A stretch of 64,000 nucleotides of DNA, taken from Octopus sinensis (taxonomy: Eukaryota). Where the stretch lies: NCBI RefSeq assembly GCF_006345805.1, contig NC_043015.1:26412001-26476000 (forward strand), given 5' to 3'. Under the pieces are notes generated by a model that was not told the origin of the DNA, did no database searches, and saw nothing but the letters and a program-made list of their open reading frames with translations. A program made the position numbers and the translations under genes. Positions 12,578 through 26,900 of the stretch are shown here, one piece after another (the stretch's first letter is position 1; every line of letters begins with the position of its first letter).

Positions 12578-13598
12578 TACATATACAGATATGTGAGCAC
12601 TCGTTTATATGTGCGTGTGTGTGCACGTGTATGTGTGTGTGTTTATGTATGTGCGTGTGTGTGTGTGCGCGTGTCATATGTGAATGTTTTTATGTGAGAT
12701 AATTTGGATTAGAAACCGACACAAAGACAAAGAGACTAACGGCCTCCATTGATGGCCAATGAAATCCTGCGACGTGCACTCATCGCCGATGATGTAGGAA
12801 CTATTTAATTACTGCTGTAATAATAATACCTTATCAAACTTGATACACACATTCAACTTAAGTGTAGAGAAGCCATTATAATGATTCTCTAATAAAAAAA
12901 AAAGTATAACTTCGCCTCGGCGTTTCTGTTTGTTACATAGACCCTGATTAGTGCAGCTTTAGCAAATCTGTAATGGAAAACGTTCTGACCGTGATCATCC
13001 AGGGTAATTTTTCTTTCTTTATAACATGTGTATGCTAAATAAATTTCTAAATAAAGCAGTGAGTGTTGAACATTTTGTTTTTTTGTTTAAAGATGAAAGT
13101 CCAATACATGTAGAAATAGAGCTGGCATATTTTTAATGTTTTCTGATCAAGCACACTAGCGCGTGCGTGGGTGTATATGCGTCACTCTCTCTCTCTTTCT
13201 CTCCATATATATATATATATATATATATGCAAGTATGTTGCATGTATATGTATATATATATCATTTTATCTGTTTCTAATTGAAAATAATTAAAAATTCG
13301 ATGCGCTACATCATTCCCGTATTATTAGACAACCGCATTTTAAGCAACGGATCTATTTATTTCGTATATTTTATTTTAAAACAATATATATATATATAAT
13401 ATCTATTCAAAACTCAAGAGCTATTACAGAGAGTTTCAATTACATACTTAACATGTTGCCGAGATTAGTCAAAATCTTTCAAAAATCTCACAAATATCAT
13501 ATTTTGAAATCATCTAGGTTGTCCTGATTTATATGTTTATCACAGTTTTCTTTTCTTTTTGTTTTGCAAGAAGCCTCCATAGTATGCACACATGTGCA

Positions 13599-13632
<34 letters not shown>

Positions 13633-13654
13633 GTATGTATAGTACGTTAGTACG

Positions 13655-13833
13655 CCGGGTGGAATAACTAGTGGTATTTCGTCTCTCTTTTCGTTCTGAG
13701 TTCAAATTCCACCAAAGTGTACTTTGCTTTTCATCCTTTCTGATAAATCAAGTATAAGTTGCGTACTAGCGTCGATCTAATAGACTGGGCCCCTCACCCA
13801 AAATTTCGGGCCTTGTGTCTATAGTAGAAAAGA
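13655..13833 (+). mobile_element. Degenerate SINE, family 2
   Basis: CGTTCTGAGTTCAAATTCC...CTTTGCTTTTCATCCTTTC block shared with 51516-51747. Confidence 0.65.
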
Positions 13834-13845
13834 ATATATATATAT

Positions 13846-14018
13846 ATGTGTGTGTGTGTGTGCGTGTGTGTGTGTATAAGTATGCATATGTATATGAGAT
13901 GTACATGTACATATATTAACGCGTTTGTATTTGTATTATTGTATGCCACTGTGCGTGAGTGCATCTATATATATATCTCTTTATATATATATGTATACAT
14001 ATATATATATATTATATA

Positions 14019-14065
<47 letters not shown>

Positions 14066-14140
14066 TATATATATATATATAATATATATATATATACATA
14101 CACACCTATACATATATACATATATAATATATATGTATAC

Positions 14141-14173
<33 letters not shown>

Positions 14174-14309
14174 CGTGTGTGTGTGTATAAGTATGCATAT
14201 GTATATGAGATGTACATGTACATATATTAACGCGTTTGTATTTGTATTATTGTATGCCACTGTGCGTGAGTGCATCTATATATATATCTCTTTATATATA
14301 TATGTATAC

Positions 14310-14364
<55 letters not shown>

Positions 14365-14707
14365 CGTAGTGTGTGTGGTGTAGTTCTATATCCACTGTTT
14401 ATTCTTCAGTTTCGCGATTTCCTCTCATCTCAAATATCGGAGAAAAATAAAGTGCCAATATTTCGACACAGAAAATAACATATCTGAAAAGAGAGAGAAA
14501 AAATATATTATATTATATATATATATATATATATACATACCTATTTACACTTATATATATACATACCTATTTACACTTATATATATACATACCTATTTAC
14601 ACTTATATATATACATACACACCTATACATATATACATATATAAATACTTATACATATGTACCTACATATATGTACATTCATATAAGCATAAATTATATA
14701 TATATAG

Positions 14708-14740
<33 letters not shown>

Positions 14741-15430
14741 CGCGCGCGCGTAGTGTGTGTGGTGTAGTTCTATATCCACTGTTTATTCTTCAGTTTCGCG
14801 ATTTCCTCTCATCTCAAATATCGGAGAAAAATAAAGTGCCAAATATTTCGACACAGAAAATAACATATCTGAAAAGAGAGAGAAAAAATATATATTCTAT
14901 TATACACTGCCAAAAGTACCTTTCTATTAATCTCTGAGCGTACCTCGTATTATTTCCGGTGTTTTGGGTAGCCATATATAAGCCATATCTCTTTCATAAA
15001 ATATCTAAACATTGGAGAGTGTCATGTGGTTAGCAAAAATAGTTTTGCTATTAAAATGGTGTTTTGTATGTTCGTTATACGGAGATTGTATTTGCATGGG
15101 TTGGGGGAAGGAGACAGATTTTAATGTATTATACAAACACTGCAGCAGTCTTTTCCTTTAATTTATGGATTTTGTGTGAAATTGTACATACTTCTATGCT
15201 TGTATGTATGCATGTATGTATGTATGTATGTATGTATGTATGGATGGATGTATGAATGTGTATATGTATGCATACATGTATATATGTGTGCGTACATATA
15301 TATATATATACATACCTATTTACACTTATATATATACATACACACCTATACATATATACATATATAAATACTTATACATATGTACCTACATATATGTACA
15401 TTCATATAAGCATAAATTATATATATATAG

Positions 15431-15440
<10 letters not shown>
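13846..15440. repeat. Interleaved local duplications between microsatellites
   Basis: about 13870-14000 = 14180-14310; 14355-14510 = 14740-14890; 14535-14720 = 15310-15440. Confidence 0.85.
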
Positions 15441-15463
<23 letters not shown>

Positions 15464-16601
15464 ATATGCATGAATGCATATATATGTATGTATGCATGTG
15501 TGTGTTTTAAGTTGAAATAGTTTGCATACCATAAATGTTTATGCATGCTACAAGTCATATATTTTGTCGTAAAACACATTATCACACTCAGATATACACA
15601 CGTGCATCATATACACTTTCATGCGGACGTACACAATCATACACGTATGGCTCCCGATGGCACACAGTCGTACATTCACGCACCTTTATCCACACACACA
15701 CATAAGTGCACAGGCGCACATTTATGTACCAAAGTTTATTAGGTTATCGAAGTTGTAAGTCTACACTCTTATACTTTTCACTGATCTACAGGAACATGGT
15801 AAGCAGTGGATAACATTAGCTGAGGGAAAATGCGCCGTATTCTATCTTAAGATAATCCCATCACACGGAATCTGGAACACGCATATTTAGACCACCATCA
15901 TAATGATTGATCGGATCAAGTGAAAATATGTCTGCTATATCGATGTGAAACACATTTATTATATTTTGATGAGGATTAAGAGAAGTTGCGAGGTCAACAA
16001 GACTGTGACGACATTAATTGAATGGTTGATACAGACGACTTCAACGACGACTACGATGTCGACGAAGATGATGTTGAGGATAATGACGACACGACCACAA
16101 CGATTACGAGGAAAAAGACGATGACAACAGCGATGGTAACGACAATGAGTTACGATGATGACGGTGAAGATGATGAGAGTTAATTCAGTGATGAAAACAG
16201 AAAGGAGGAAGGAAGAGTGGGAAGATGATGAAAAGTGGAAAACAGAAGGAAAGGGTGAAGTGGTTGTAAGAATGAAGAAGAGGAGGTAAGGCAATGATAA
16301 ATAGGGTAAAAGAAGTGGAGGATGTGAAGAGTGAGCACATTTGCGCACATAGGGGGAGGCAGAGACAAAGAGAGAAAGAGAGAGAGAGAGAGACAAACAG
16401 AGAGACAGAAATACAATTATTTTCAAATTTTTAAAGGTACCTTGGCCTCTAGATATTGCGTCAAATCACTAAATATCAATTGGGACAAGCTCCGTATGGT
16501 AAGGGGTGTAGGTCACAACAATTGTTTCAATTGCATTAACACACACACATATATAGATATAGATATGTATATATCTATGTGAGTGCATGTATGTATACAT
16601 A

Positions 16602-16635
<34 letters not shown>

Positions 16636-16869
16636 GCATACAAATATACACACATACGTAAAAGCGTACACTTACACACATATGTACACATCTATCTGCA
16701 CATACACACACACATGTATGTACGTGTATGCATTCACAGGCGTATATTCATAATATAATCTCCGAAAGTGAGTGTTCTCTGTTTTTCTTTACATATGTAC
16801 TTGCGAGCGTGTTGAATTTGTGCATGACAACTCAGCGATTCACAACCGGTGTTAGTTTGTCTATATATA

Positions 16870-17040
16870 GGCGCAGGAGTGGCTGTGTGGTAAGTAGCTT
16901 GCTAACCAACCACATGGTTCCGGGTTCAGTCCCACTGCGTGGCATCTTGGGCAAGTGTCTTCTGCTATAGCCCCGGGCCGACCAATGCCTTGTGAGTGGA
17001 TTTGGTAGACGGAAACTGAAAGAAGCCTGTCGTATATATG

Positions 17041-17077
<37 letters not shown>

Positions 17078-17290
17078 TTGTGTGTCTGTGTTTGGCCCCC
17101 CTAGCATTGCTTGACAACCGATGGTGGTGTGTTTACGTCCCCGTCACCTAGCGGTTCGGCAAAAGAGACCGATAGAATAAGTACTGGGCTTACAAAGAAT
17201 AAGTCCCGAGGTCGATTTGCTCGACTAAAGGCGGTGCTCCAGCATGGCCGCAGTCAAATGACTGAAACAAGTAAAAGCGTAAAAGAGAGA
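16870..17290 (+). mobile_element. tRNA-derived SINE, family 1 (full length)
   Basis: GGCGCAGGAGTGGCTGTGTGGTAAG...GAAACAAGTAAAAG. Confidence 0.92.
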
Positions 17291-18154
17291 GAATCCCCGT
17301 CATTTAGGGTTAAGACAGAAAGAAAGTAATAGAATAAATTGGAGACTTTAGAGTACATAATGGAGTAGATTTCATCGACTACAACCCTCAAGTCATCGTA
17401 CAGGCATGGACACGCTCCACTGACTGTAATCAGTACTAAAATAATATATATGCATGTGGGGGGGGACAAGGAGACACAACATATATATATATAGATATAT
17501 ATTATATATATTATATATATATATATATATTATATATATATATAATATATATATATATATAATATATATATATATAATCTTACACTCACACAGACGCACA
17601 CTCACAAACAATCAAACCCAGACACGGATACATGAGATATATTTGGAAGATGATCAAATGTTGATATAAAAATATGTGATGCATGCAATATTCAACTAGG
17701 TTTCTGAACGATGTATAATGATAACGATGCAGTGAAGAGTAAAAACACAAAAAATAATATTGTTTTCATGTATCTTCAGCCAAAGGAAATTATCTAGGAA
17801 AATAAATAATTTTTCAGATAAGACATTGTGTACTGATAGTTAAATGAATTGTAATGTATCATTGTCAAATATATTGAAGAAGTACGGATAGTTATCATCA
17901 ATATTTATGGACATATGTATGCGTATATAAGTATGCTTATAATTGTATATGCATATGCACACTTATACAAACGTATACACGTATATATATATATATATAT
18001 ATATATATAACACAGACGTCACTAAAACGACTAAGGATACTGGTGAGTACCAGCATTGTTAGAAATAAGAGTGAAAACATTTCCTAGGCACCACGAGGGA
18101 GCACTTATCTTATAACTGAAAAGGGAGGCAAGCTCCCTACAGCACTCGGGACAT

Positions 18155-18203
18155 AGCCAGATCACTTTTGATTTCGCATTTAATTAATACTCGTCAGTAA
18201 TTC
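18155..18203 (-). ncRNA. Candidate type I hammerhead
   Basis: AATTA CTGACGA GTATT-aatta-AATGC GAAA TCA-AAAG-TGA TC TGGCT: intact core, 5-bp stem II, 4-bp stem III, ATC triplet; stem I weak (two G-U pairs). Confidence 0.45.
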
Positions 18204-18492
18204 TTACCTGGCTGCCAAGAGCTAGGCTGGCTCACCTTGTCAGTTTATAAGAGTTACCGTAGAAATCGTACGCTGGTTTCATAAATGGTAACTGTAAAAA
18301 TTATAAATAACAAAGGTGCTCACAGGAAACAATGTAGACATCTTGGTTTCAATATTGATGTAAATTTGTTTATAAAATGGTTTATCCTTTTTGTTTGATG
18401 CCTATGCGGTCACCTGAATAGAGCGGTTTCTTTCAAATTGATACCATGTTGTATCAGGGGCAAACGTATATCGGTAAAATTAATATTGATAT

Positions 18493-18573
<81 letters not shown>

Positions 18574-18849
18574 TACATTGCTATTTGATATTTTCAAATT
18601 GATATACGAAGATATGTAACAAAAATCCTGAAGGTAGACATTTAATCTAGAAGCAGATGTGTCTTTCCACATATTAGTGTAGTGACTTGCTATTGTCTTC
18701 TTTCGTACTACCGAAACATTGATGAAGGCAATATTGTTTGAATTTTCAATCATGTACATACATACATATACATTCACAGAAAGGACGGCTCTGTAATATT
18801 CATGAAACGCTTGTCAGAACCAACAGTTATTGACACCTTTTAAAACAAG

Positions 18850-19130
18850 AAATACTGGTGTAACATCCCAATAAAATCATCAGTTCGGTGTAAACATAAC
18901 AGTCCTGATATTGTTCCGAATGACAGGGGACAAGGGTTATGCACTGATGGTAAGGTCAACTGCACAGCGGATGTGAATGTGGAATCAAAAGTCCAAGAAA
19001 AACAGGACATTTATAGCGAATTAACGTGGAAGTTACAAATCTTGTACTCTGACAATGAATTCTCATTTGTACCTCTCAACATTGGTGCATTAGGTTATAT
19101 ACCAATAAATTTGCATAAAACATAGAAATA
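18850..19130 (+). pseudogene. Restriction-like endonuclease fragment of a non-LTR retrotransposon (R2/R4/NeSL-type)
   Basis: Translates KHNSPDIV...LC...VNC.ADVNV..K.QEK..IY.EL...LQILY....F..VPL.IGALG, matching the PD-(D/E)xK RLE pattern. Confidence 0.7.
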
Positions 19131-19404
19131 CTCTGTTTCATAGAGAAAGCGTAAAAGTAACTGATGCTTTTCTAATCTATTAGTGGCACAGTGAAGAGTG
19201 AGAGGCATTTGAAAAATTTTCCATCTGAGATTCTTATGTGAATGGATGCACACATATGGGTGTATGCAACGACAGTTTAACCAACACACCAAACCAACCA
19301 CATATTTACACACACGGGAACTCTTTTAACTCAAAGAGTCTTGTCATTTTGTTAAGGACCGTCTTTAACTCACTGAAGTAGGACCGAAATAAAACAATCA
19401 TACA

Positions 19405-19580
19405 TACATACCTGTAATTACTGGAGCACAGGGATATGTAACACTGCCTGAAATTAGTCTTGAGAAATTAGGCTTCCCAAAACCAGAAAGGAGAAAACTG
19501 ATTCGAAGACTGACAGCTCCAATGTATTGTGTGAACTGTAAAAAATCTGTAAAACTTTCCTGACGTTTATCATTTATTTA
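19405..19580 (+). mobile_element. 3' end fragment of an RLE-type LINE
   Basis: IPVITGAQGYVT...LEKLGF.KPERRKLIRRL...KTFLTFII with frameshifts; ends into a microsatellite. Confidence 0.55.
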
Positions 19581-20029
19581 TGTCTAGACATGTATGAGAA
19601 TACATATATAAAAACAAAACATACAAATCTGCACATATACAAACGTACATACATACATATATACATATAGGTATGCATACAAAAGTACCTGGATGATGAA
19701 ATTGCGATGAAGGTGCTTTGTATCTAGGTTAGAAACCGGTTCTTCCTCCATTAGCAAGAATCTTGATATAAGACTGAATAATGACATACATACACCGACA
19801 CACGCGCGTACACGCACACACACATGCATACATACATACACATACATACATACATACATACATACATACACATGCATACATACATACATACATACACATA
19901 ATACAAACATACATGTATACGTGCATAGATACATTTGTGTGTGTCCATGTAATTATGTATATATGTGTATCTGCCTATCTATATAGTTAAAGATAGATAG
20001 ACAGAGAGGCAAATAGATGGATAGATAGG

Positions 20030-20047
20030 TAGATAGATAGATAAATT

Positions 20048-20110
<63 letters not shown>

Positions 20111-20119
20111 GGATAGATG

Positions 20120-20197
<78 letters not shown>

Positions 20198-20220
20198 GAT
20201 ATAGATAGATAGATAGGTAG
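20030..20220. repeat. (GATA)n microsatellite
   Basis: Direct tandem. Confidence 0.95.
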
Positions 20221-20832
20221 AAGAATATAGATTAACAGTGCATACAGTATATTCTGTAAGCAGACAGACGATATTAACGGTGCTCGGTAAATTAGAGTCT
20301 GTTATTAAATGACACGGTTTTTCTTTGGCCAGAAAAAGAAGCCAAACTGACGAAGTTCAGCACATTTACCGCTTCTGCAGTGATTACTTCTATACCTTTA
20401 AACTCTGTTAATATATAGTTACATTTACCTCAATGCAACACGCAGATTAATGCACTTTTCACATTCTTGTATTCACATCGCCAAACATCTCACTATTCTG
20501 AGGGCAACAATTTCAGATATACTTAATATCTAGTTAATATTGTCCAATAAAATGTTAACCACAGTTCTGTTCGTTAAGCATTTAACTTTGATGAAACGTT
20601 AAAAATGTCGCTGAAACCAATCTCATGTTCTTTCGTTACAGAGGGAGGGACGGGTTGCGGAAAGTGAGGGAAGGGGAACATGTTTTGTTATACATTACTT
20701 TAAGGCCTGTCTACAATCTTCCAATATCGATCCATCTATGTCTATATTTATATACATATTTACAAACATAAATGCATAAACGATTACACACACACGCTCC
20801 GGCGAGCGCAAACACATTCACACACACACACA

Positions 20833-20873
<41 letters not shown>

Positions 20874-20918
20874 TCTCACACAAATACAAACGCACACACT
20901 CTCTCACAGATATATACA

Positions 20919-21295
20919 CGCGGAAGTGAGGCTGTGTCATAGCGAGTATGCTTCCGAACCACATGGTTCCGGGTTCAGTCACACTGCGTGGCACCTTGGC
21001 CAAGTGTCTTCGGCTATAGCCTTGGGCCGACCAAAGTTTTGAGTGGATTTGGTAGACGGAAACTGAAAGATTCCCGTCGTATATGTGTGTATGTGTGTTT
21101 GTTATAACTTGATAACCAGCATTGATGTCTTTACGTCCATGAAACTTAGCGATTTGCAAAAGACTTCTGGTACAAAAAGTACAAGGCTTAAGAAGAAATA
21201 AGTAATGGGATTGATGCATTCGACTAAAAACGTAAATTGTTCAAGGCGGTACCCCAGCATGCTCGCACTCAAATCACTGAAACAAGTAAAAGAGT
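20919..21295 (+). mobile_element. Degenerate SINE, family 1
   Basis: CCACATGGTTCCGGGTTCAGTC...GGATTTGGTAGACGGAAACTGAAAG...GAAACAAGTAAAAGAG. Confidence 0.85.
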
Positions 21296-21317
21296 ATATG
21301 TATATATATATATATAA

Positions 21318-21355
<38 letters not shown>

Positions 21356-22686
21356 TATGTATGAGTATATATATATATATACTCATGTAAATCCTGTTCT
21401 GTGTGTGTGTAAATGATTATAATACCCGTATTTTTCAACTGATTTTCTTCAAACTAGGAACATACAATACATATGCAATAGGGATGGTTTCCAACTTTTA
21501 AAATTTTTCACATAATGTGTAACGGACCCCTGGAGATAAAAAACACCCGTCCCTGCGTTACGTGGATAAAGGAGTTAACTCTGTGCGAACTAACTTTCAG
21601 AAATTGATTGTCTCCCTTACATCCATTGGTCATAAAAAATATTTCTTTTCATATTCGACTCTTGTCTTTGAAAGTTTTAAAAATATTTACTTCCTGTCTT
21701 CTAGCGTCAGTGACGACCATATCTCTCTATTGATATCTCTGTACCCATCTCTATCTATCTATCTATATCTCTCTAACCATCTCTATCTCTATATCTATCT
21801 CTCTGTATCTATCTATATTTTATCTATGTATCTATATCAATCTTATTTGTCTAACGAGCTAGCTCTCTCTCTCTCTCTCTTCCTCTCTGTCTATATCTCT
21901 CTATTGTTTTCACAAAGTTTTCAATCGCTAATTACAAACGACAACGACAATATACTGACAGAAAGAAGTTCACAATTACCGATGAAAGTAATTTCATACG
22001 TAATTTCCTAACAGAAGTAACTTCATAAATTTTACTTCAATCCGTACACCTCGTTGAATTTGCCAACAAATTTCTTATTTATTTTGCAACGTTTTGTATT
22101 TTTTATTGTTGGCGGAATTACTGATAAAAGTAAGATCATAATTTACTAACAGAAATAACTTTAAATATTTCACTTAAATCCCTAAAAAATTCCCTAAAAA
22201 ATTCTTATGCAATGATGTTTTGGTTTTTCTGTTAACGGCTGGTTTTTTTTGGGTTTCTTTGATACTGGCTCTTTGGTTCACTGACAAATTTCGCGTCAAA
22301 ACATACAATTCTTATTTTCCGTAAAAACTTCTTATTTTCTTTCTGTCCGTCATATTAAGAAATATAATTTCCGTTACCAAGTTATTTTCATTGTTTACTA
22401 TCATTCTGTTTACGTATATAACCATGTGTACAAGGAAAGTGTCAAGTTTGTCTACAATGTCAATGTCAACCAAAAGAATGTCTCTCTACACGGAAAGAGA
22501 GACAGCTGCAGAAAGGGAAGCATCCCCAAAAGGGAACAGAATGTGCACTACAAAAGCCAGAGCATCTCAAAATGACGAACAGAGGTATGCACGGGTGGAA
22601 AATCTAGGATCTCCACTGCAGAACGAAGAGAAGTTGTAACAGCTTAGAGAAGCAACTTCTATGAAGCAGCTTTAAAATATTCTCTA

Positions 22687-22721
<35 letters not shown>

Positions 22722-22732
22722 CATATATATAT

Positions 22733-23505
22733 AATCAAAAATAAGGGTGAAAAAATTGGATATTAATTTTAAAATATCATCAATTTAACACCAAGTGGCT
22801 TAGCGCATAAAAACCAGGGATACAATAAAGTTTATACACAAATATAAGACAGTGACCACTATGTGATCAACTCTTGCGCTAAAAATAGATCCGCTATGGT
22901 TTCAACCACGAAGAATTGTTTCCAATGAAAATTAGCACAACTATGAGCGTAACAATTGTCCAGAATTAATCTACATTTTTGTTATTTTACATTTGCCCTG
23001 CTCGTTTACGCTCATAGTTGTGCTAATTTTCATTGGAAACAATTCTTCGTGGTTGAAACCATAGCGGATCTATTTTTAGCGCAAGAGTCGACCACATAGT
23101 GGTCACTCTCTTATATTTTTGTATAAACTTAATTGTATCCCTGGTTTTTATGCGCTAAGCCACTTAGCGGGCATTTAAATCATTACTGCGAGTATAATCG
23201 ACTAAACCACACGCGTGTTTGACGTTATGTTAAAATCTAGCATGCGGTTTGGTAAATTGTATTCAAGACAAATTCTGCTGATGAACTATGGATATATTGT
23301 GTGAGTAAAATTACATAATTTATTAATAGCGAAACAATTGTCCAGAATCAATCTACATTTTTGTTATTTTACATCTGCCCTGCTCGTTTACGCTCATAGT
23401 TGCGCTAATTTTCATTGGAAACAATACTTCGTGCTTGAAACCATAGCGGATCTATTTTTAGCGCAAGAGTCGACCACATATTGGTCACTCTCTTATATTT
23501 GTGTA
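22733..23505. mobile_element. ORF-less HHR-bearing pseudo-LTR/retrozyme-like element: inverted arm plus partial tandem
   Basis: Arms 22793-22952 and 23006-23165 (53-bp spacer); direct repeat 22951.. and 23333.. (382-bp period); TA tracts on both flanks. Confidence 0.8.
23272..23348 (+). ncRNA. Type I hammerhead ribozyme
   Basis: ATTCTG CTGATGA (23278-84) aCTAT...ATAGc GAAAC (23331-35) AATT GTC CAGAAT: 6-bp perfect stem I, palindromic stem III ACAATTGT, GTC triplet. The stem II closing pair is A.C instead of G-C. Confidence 0.75.
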
Positions 23506-23506
23506 T

Positions 23507-23575
<69 letters not shown>

Positions 23576-23671
23576 CTGAAAATTTTCTTTTCGGATTTCA
23601 GTTAACGTCTATGTTCAATGCCGGGCATGGGTTGGAGAGTTATAAATGCAGAAAGCTAGTATTTCTGCGAG

Positions 23672-23715
<44 letters not shown>

Positions 23716-23915
23716 AAACTTATATATATGTATGTATGTTTGTATGTATAACAACTGGCGAAAAGTTATTCAACATTTGGATAATTGAACGTAAATACAT
23801 GTAAAAAACAAACAAGCTTGTGTGTATGTGTCTCTGTCTATATTTCTATGCATATTGTTTAGTGCTTATTATATGTGTCTGTGTATGCATATGTGTATAT
23901 CTGCGTGTGTGAGTA

Positions 23916-23959
<44 letters not shown>

Positions 23960-23962
<3 letters not shown>

Positions 23963-26900
23963 ACCTTAAATAACAAAATCGAGGACTCAAATCTACTCGC
24001 CCGGGAAAGTAAAAACAGTGAAGACACAACTCGCTACACTGACCAGGTTAGTAATGATTTACAACTGTTATACACAACACTAAATTCAATTTTCATTAAC
24101 AAATCCGACAATAAACAACACACACCAAATGAAACACACCAGAACATCATACGCACTCAAATCAACCTAGCAAAAAGAAAAATAGGAAACATTTGGAATA
24201 CAAACCTGCACAATAGAAAACTCGCCTTCTGGAACATGATAAAAGATTCCAACAAAGCAGATATATACGAGGGATGGATGAACTCAACACCAATTGTCCT
24301 CCCACGTAAATTCCAGATAAAAATAATTCCCAGCGAGCCTGACGGACAGAGAACTATTAGGGAAAGGTCAGCTCTATCCAATTTAAGATCAGAAATAGAA
24401 CTACTAAAACTTAGGGCCTCCACAAATGAGGAAAAATATAAAAGCATCGACGAGGAGATACAATGAAATACAAAAACAAACAGAGGGACAACCCCTCGAA
24501 AATACACTAAATCATTGGAAGGAAACCTGGGAAAAAAGCAATGATTTCTTCCAAAGATATGCGTCAATTTTCAAAATGAATTGGGTACAGATAATCCCTT
24601 TCTTAAGAAAATTACAAAAAATAAAAAAGAAAAACCGAACAGCCCACAAACCACCCCCAACTATCCTCCATACACTAGAAACAGAATTCACCCACAACCA
24701 ACATTTTCGAACCACGCAAGACTTAACAAGGAACAAGCTGACAGACAACGCGTCTATGAAATAGATTACACCAAAAACAGAACACACCAACAATATCCTA
24801 ATACCAGACCCAAACACCACATAACAGCACAAAGCAACACTAGAATAAGAAATACACCACACACAAGTCGCTACTACCCCATGAACCAAAATTACTGGTC
24901 CCCACCGAACACAAGACAAACGCAAAAAAACACTAAGTCAAGCAACATCCCACATACAAGCAATTCGAAACAAAAATATTTCACATACAGAAATTTTACA
25001 CACACCACAAACGAAAACAACCATAGATTCCCACACACACACAACAATCGAGAGGAAACAATACCACCGTTCCCCCGAACCAATATCACACAACCTCACA
25101 GACAACTCATACAAACAAAATTACACCCAACATTTTTTAGCCCGGGACCAGAGACACCAGGACACAGGCTGGAACCTAGTAATAAGGAAAAACCGAAGAT
25201 AATCAACCTTTCAACCAAACCTCTCTCTAACATAAACATTGACATCCTCTCAAAAGGGCTCAAATTTACGCCAACTCCACGCAGAGCCAACCTAAATGAT
25301 ATCAAGGATAATATAACAGAATTTTGCAGAAAATTAAGACTAGCAGAAGCATCAACCAGTTTTAATACTGAAGATGAATCACTAGTCAAGAACAAAAGTG
25401 AACACATCCCCCACAAAGGAAGAAATAAAGATCTTGACGAATTCTGCAGCCACATTGAGAACTTTCCCTACCATACTATACATAAACAGACAGTTAACTC
25501 AAATTTTAACACTACACAATGGAAGGAACTGATAGAACTTCAAAATGATGAAGATATAACCATTAAGGAAGCAGACAAGGGAAGTGCAGTTGTAATAATG
25601 GATACATCATACTATAGAAATCTTGTAATTTCCTTGCTTGATGACAATCAACATTATGAAAAAATCACCAACTACACCCCGCAAAAAATAATGAAAACTC
25701 TATCTTCACTAATTAAAACCCATGAAAAGGAACTAACAACCAAAGAGATTGACTTTCTAACAAACTTTAAATGCAAGCCTAGCCTCTTCTATGGTCAGTC
25801 AAAAATTCATAAAAGCCAAATTATAAATGAAACCATTAAAAAATCACCAAAGACATACATACACACACCTAACCCGGGGGACCTAAAACTACGACCCATT
25901 GTAGCTGGCCCAAACTTAAGTCTATTTATGGACATTCTCCTGAAACCCTTCCTTAAACATATCGATAGCCATATCAGAGATGACTTGAATATGTTAAACC
26001 ACCTTCCAAAAAAAAGCCAAGGAAGAAACAATCATGGTTTCATTTGATGTAGTTAATTTATATACCAATATACCTCATAATTATGGACTAGAGGCAATAC
26101 AGTTCTGGCTGGACCAATTTCCGGCAGAAATACCAAAACGGATCAGTAACGAATTCATTACTAAATCGGTTGAATTCATCCTACATAATAACCACTTCAT
26201 GTTTGACAATACATTTTACCGTCAGTAATCCGGAATTGCTATGGGTACAAAGGCAGCACTAGTCATTGCGAACCTAACAATGGGCTACCTGGAAATAATT
26301 ATTTACCAGGAATCTTTATCAACCTTTGGAAACCCTCTCAATACATAAAAGAGAATTGGAAACGATTCCTGGACGATTGTTTTATACTCTGGAATGAAAA
26401 CACAGATAAACTTCTAAAATTCAAAAACCTATTGAACAGCATCAACCCAAATATACAGTTCACAATGCAATACAACCAAAAGGAGCTCCCATTCTTAGAT
26501 ATACTAATTAAAAGAATTAACCTTAAAATAGAAACAGACATTTTTACAAAGCCACAGACGCCAAACAATACCTACTTTTTGATTCATGCCACCCAAGACA
26601 CACTAAAACAAACATCCCTTTCAACCTTGCGAGAAGGATATGCACAATAGTGTCAACAAAATACAAGGAACTTTAGACTACAATAACTCAAAAACACCCT
26701 AATTGACAGACACTACCCAGCTCAACTCATAGAGGATGGGATCAGACGTGCAACAGAAATCGACATAGAAACTTTGAGAAAAGTTCAACATAACAACATA
26801 CCTTACCGAAAATACTGCCTTACATATCCACATACAACCCCAGAAACAAAGAAGCCTTCACCATCATCACCCAGAATTTACCAATACTTCATAAGGACCC

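Noticed and set aside
12940-13003. Possible start exon MENVLTVIIQ with AG/GT boundaries; also a 7-nt micro-exon near 15793 and an exon-like ORF at about 22430-22584
   Set aside because: Very short or multiply open frames with no linked exons; not distinguishable from chance.
14395-14440. GAGATGA...CGCGAAAC on - strand in a duplicated block
   Set aside because: Core, stem II and NUH triplet are all missing or broken.
20344-20380. Isolated CTGACGA (also CTGAAGA at 7784 and 40945, CTGATGA on - at about 40010)
   Set aside because: No properly placed GAAA and stems.
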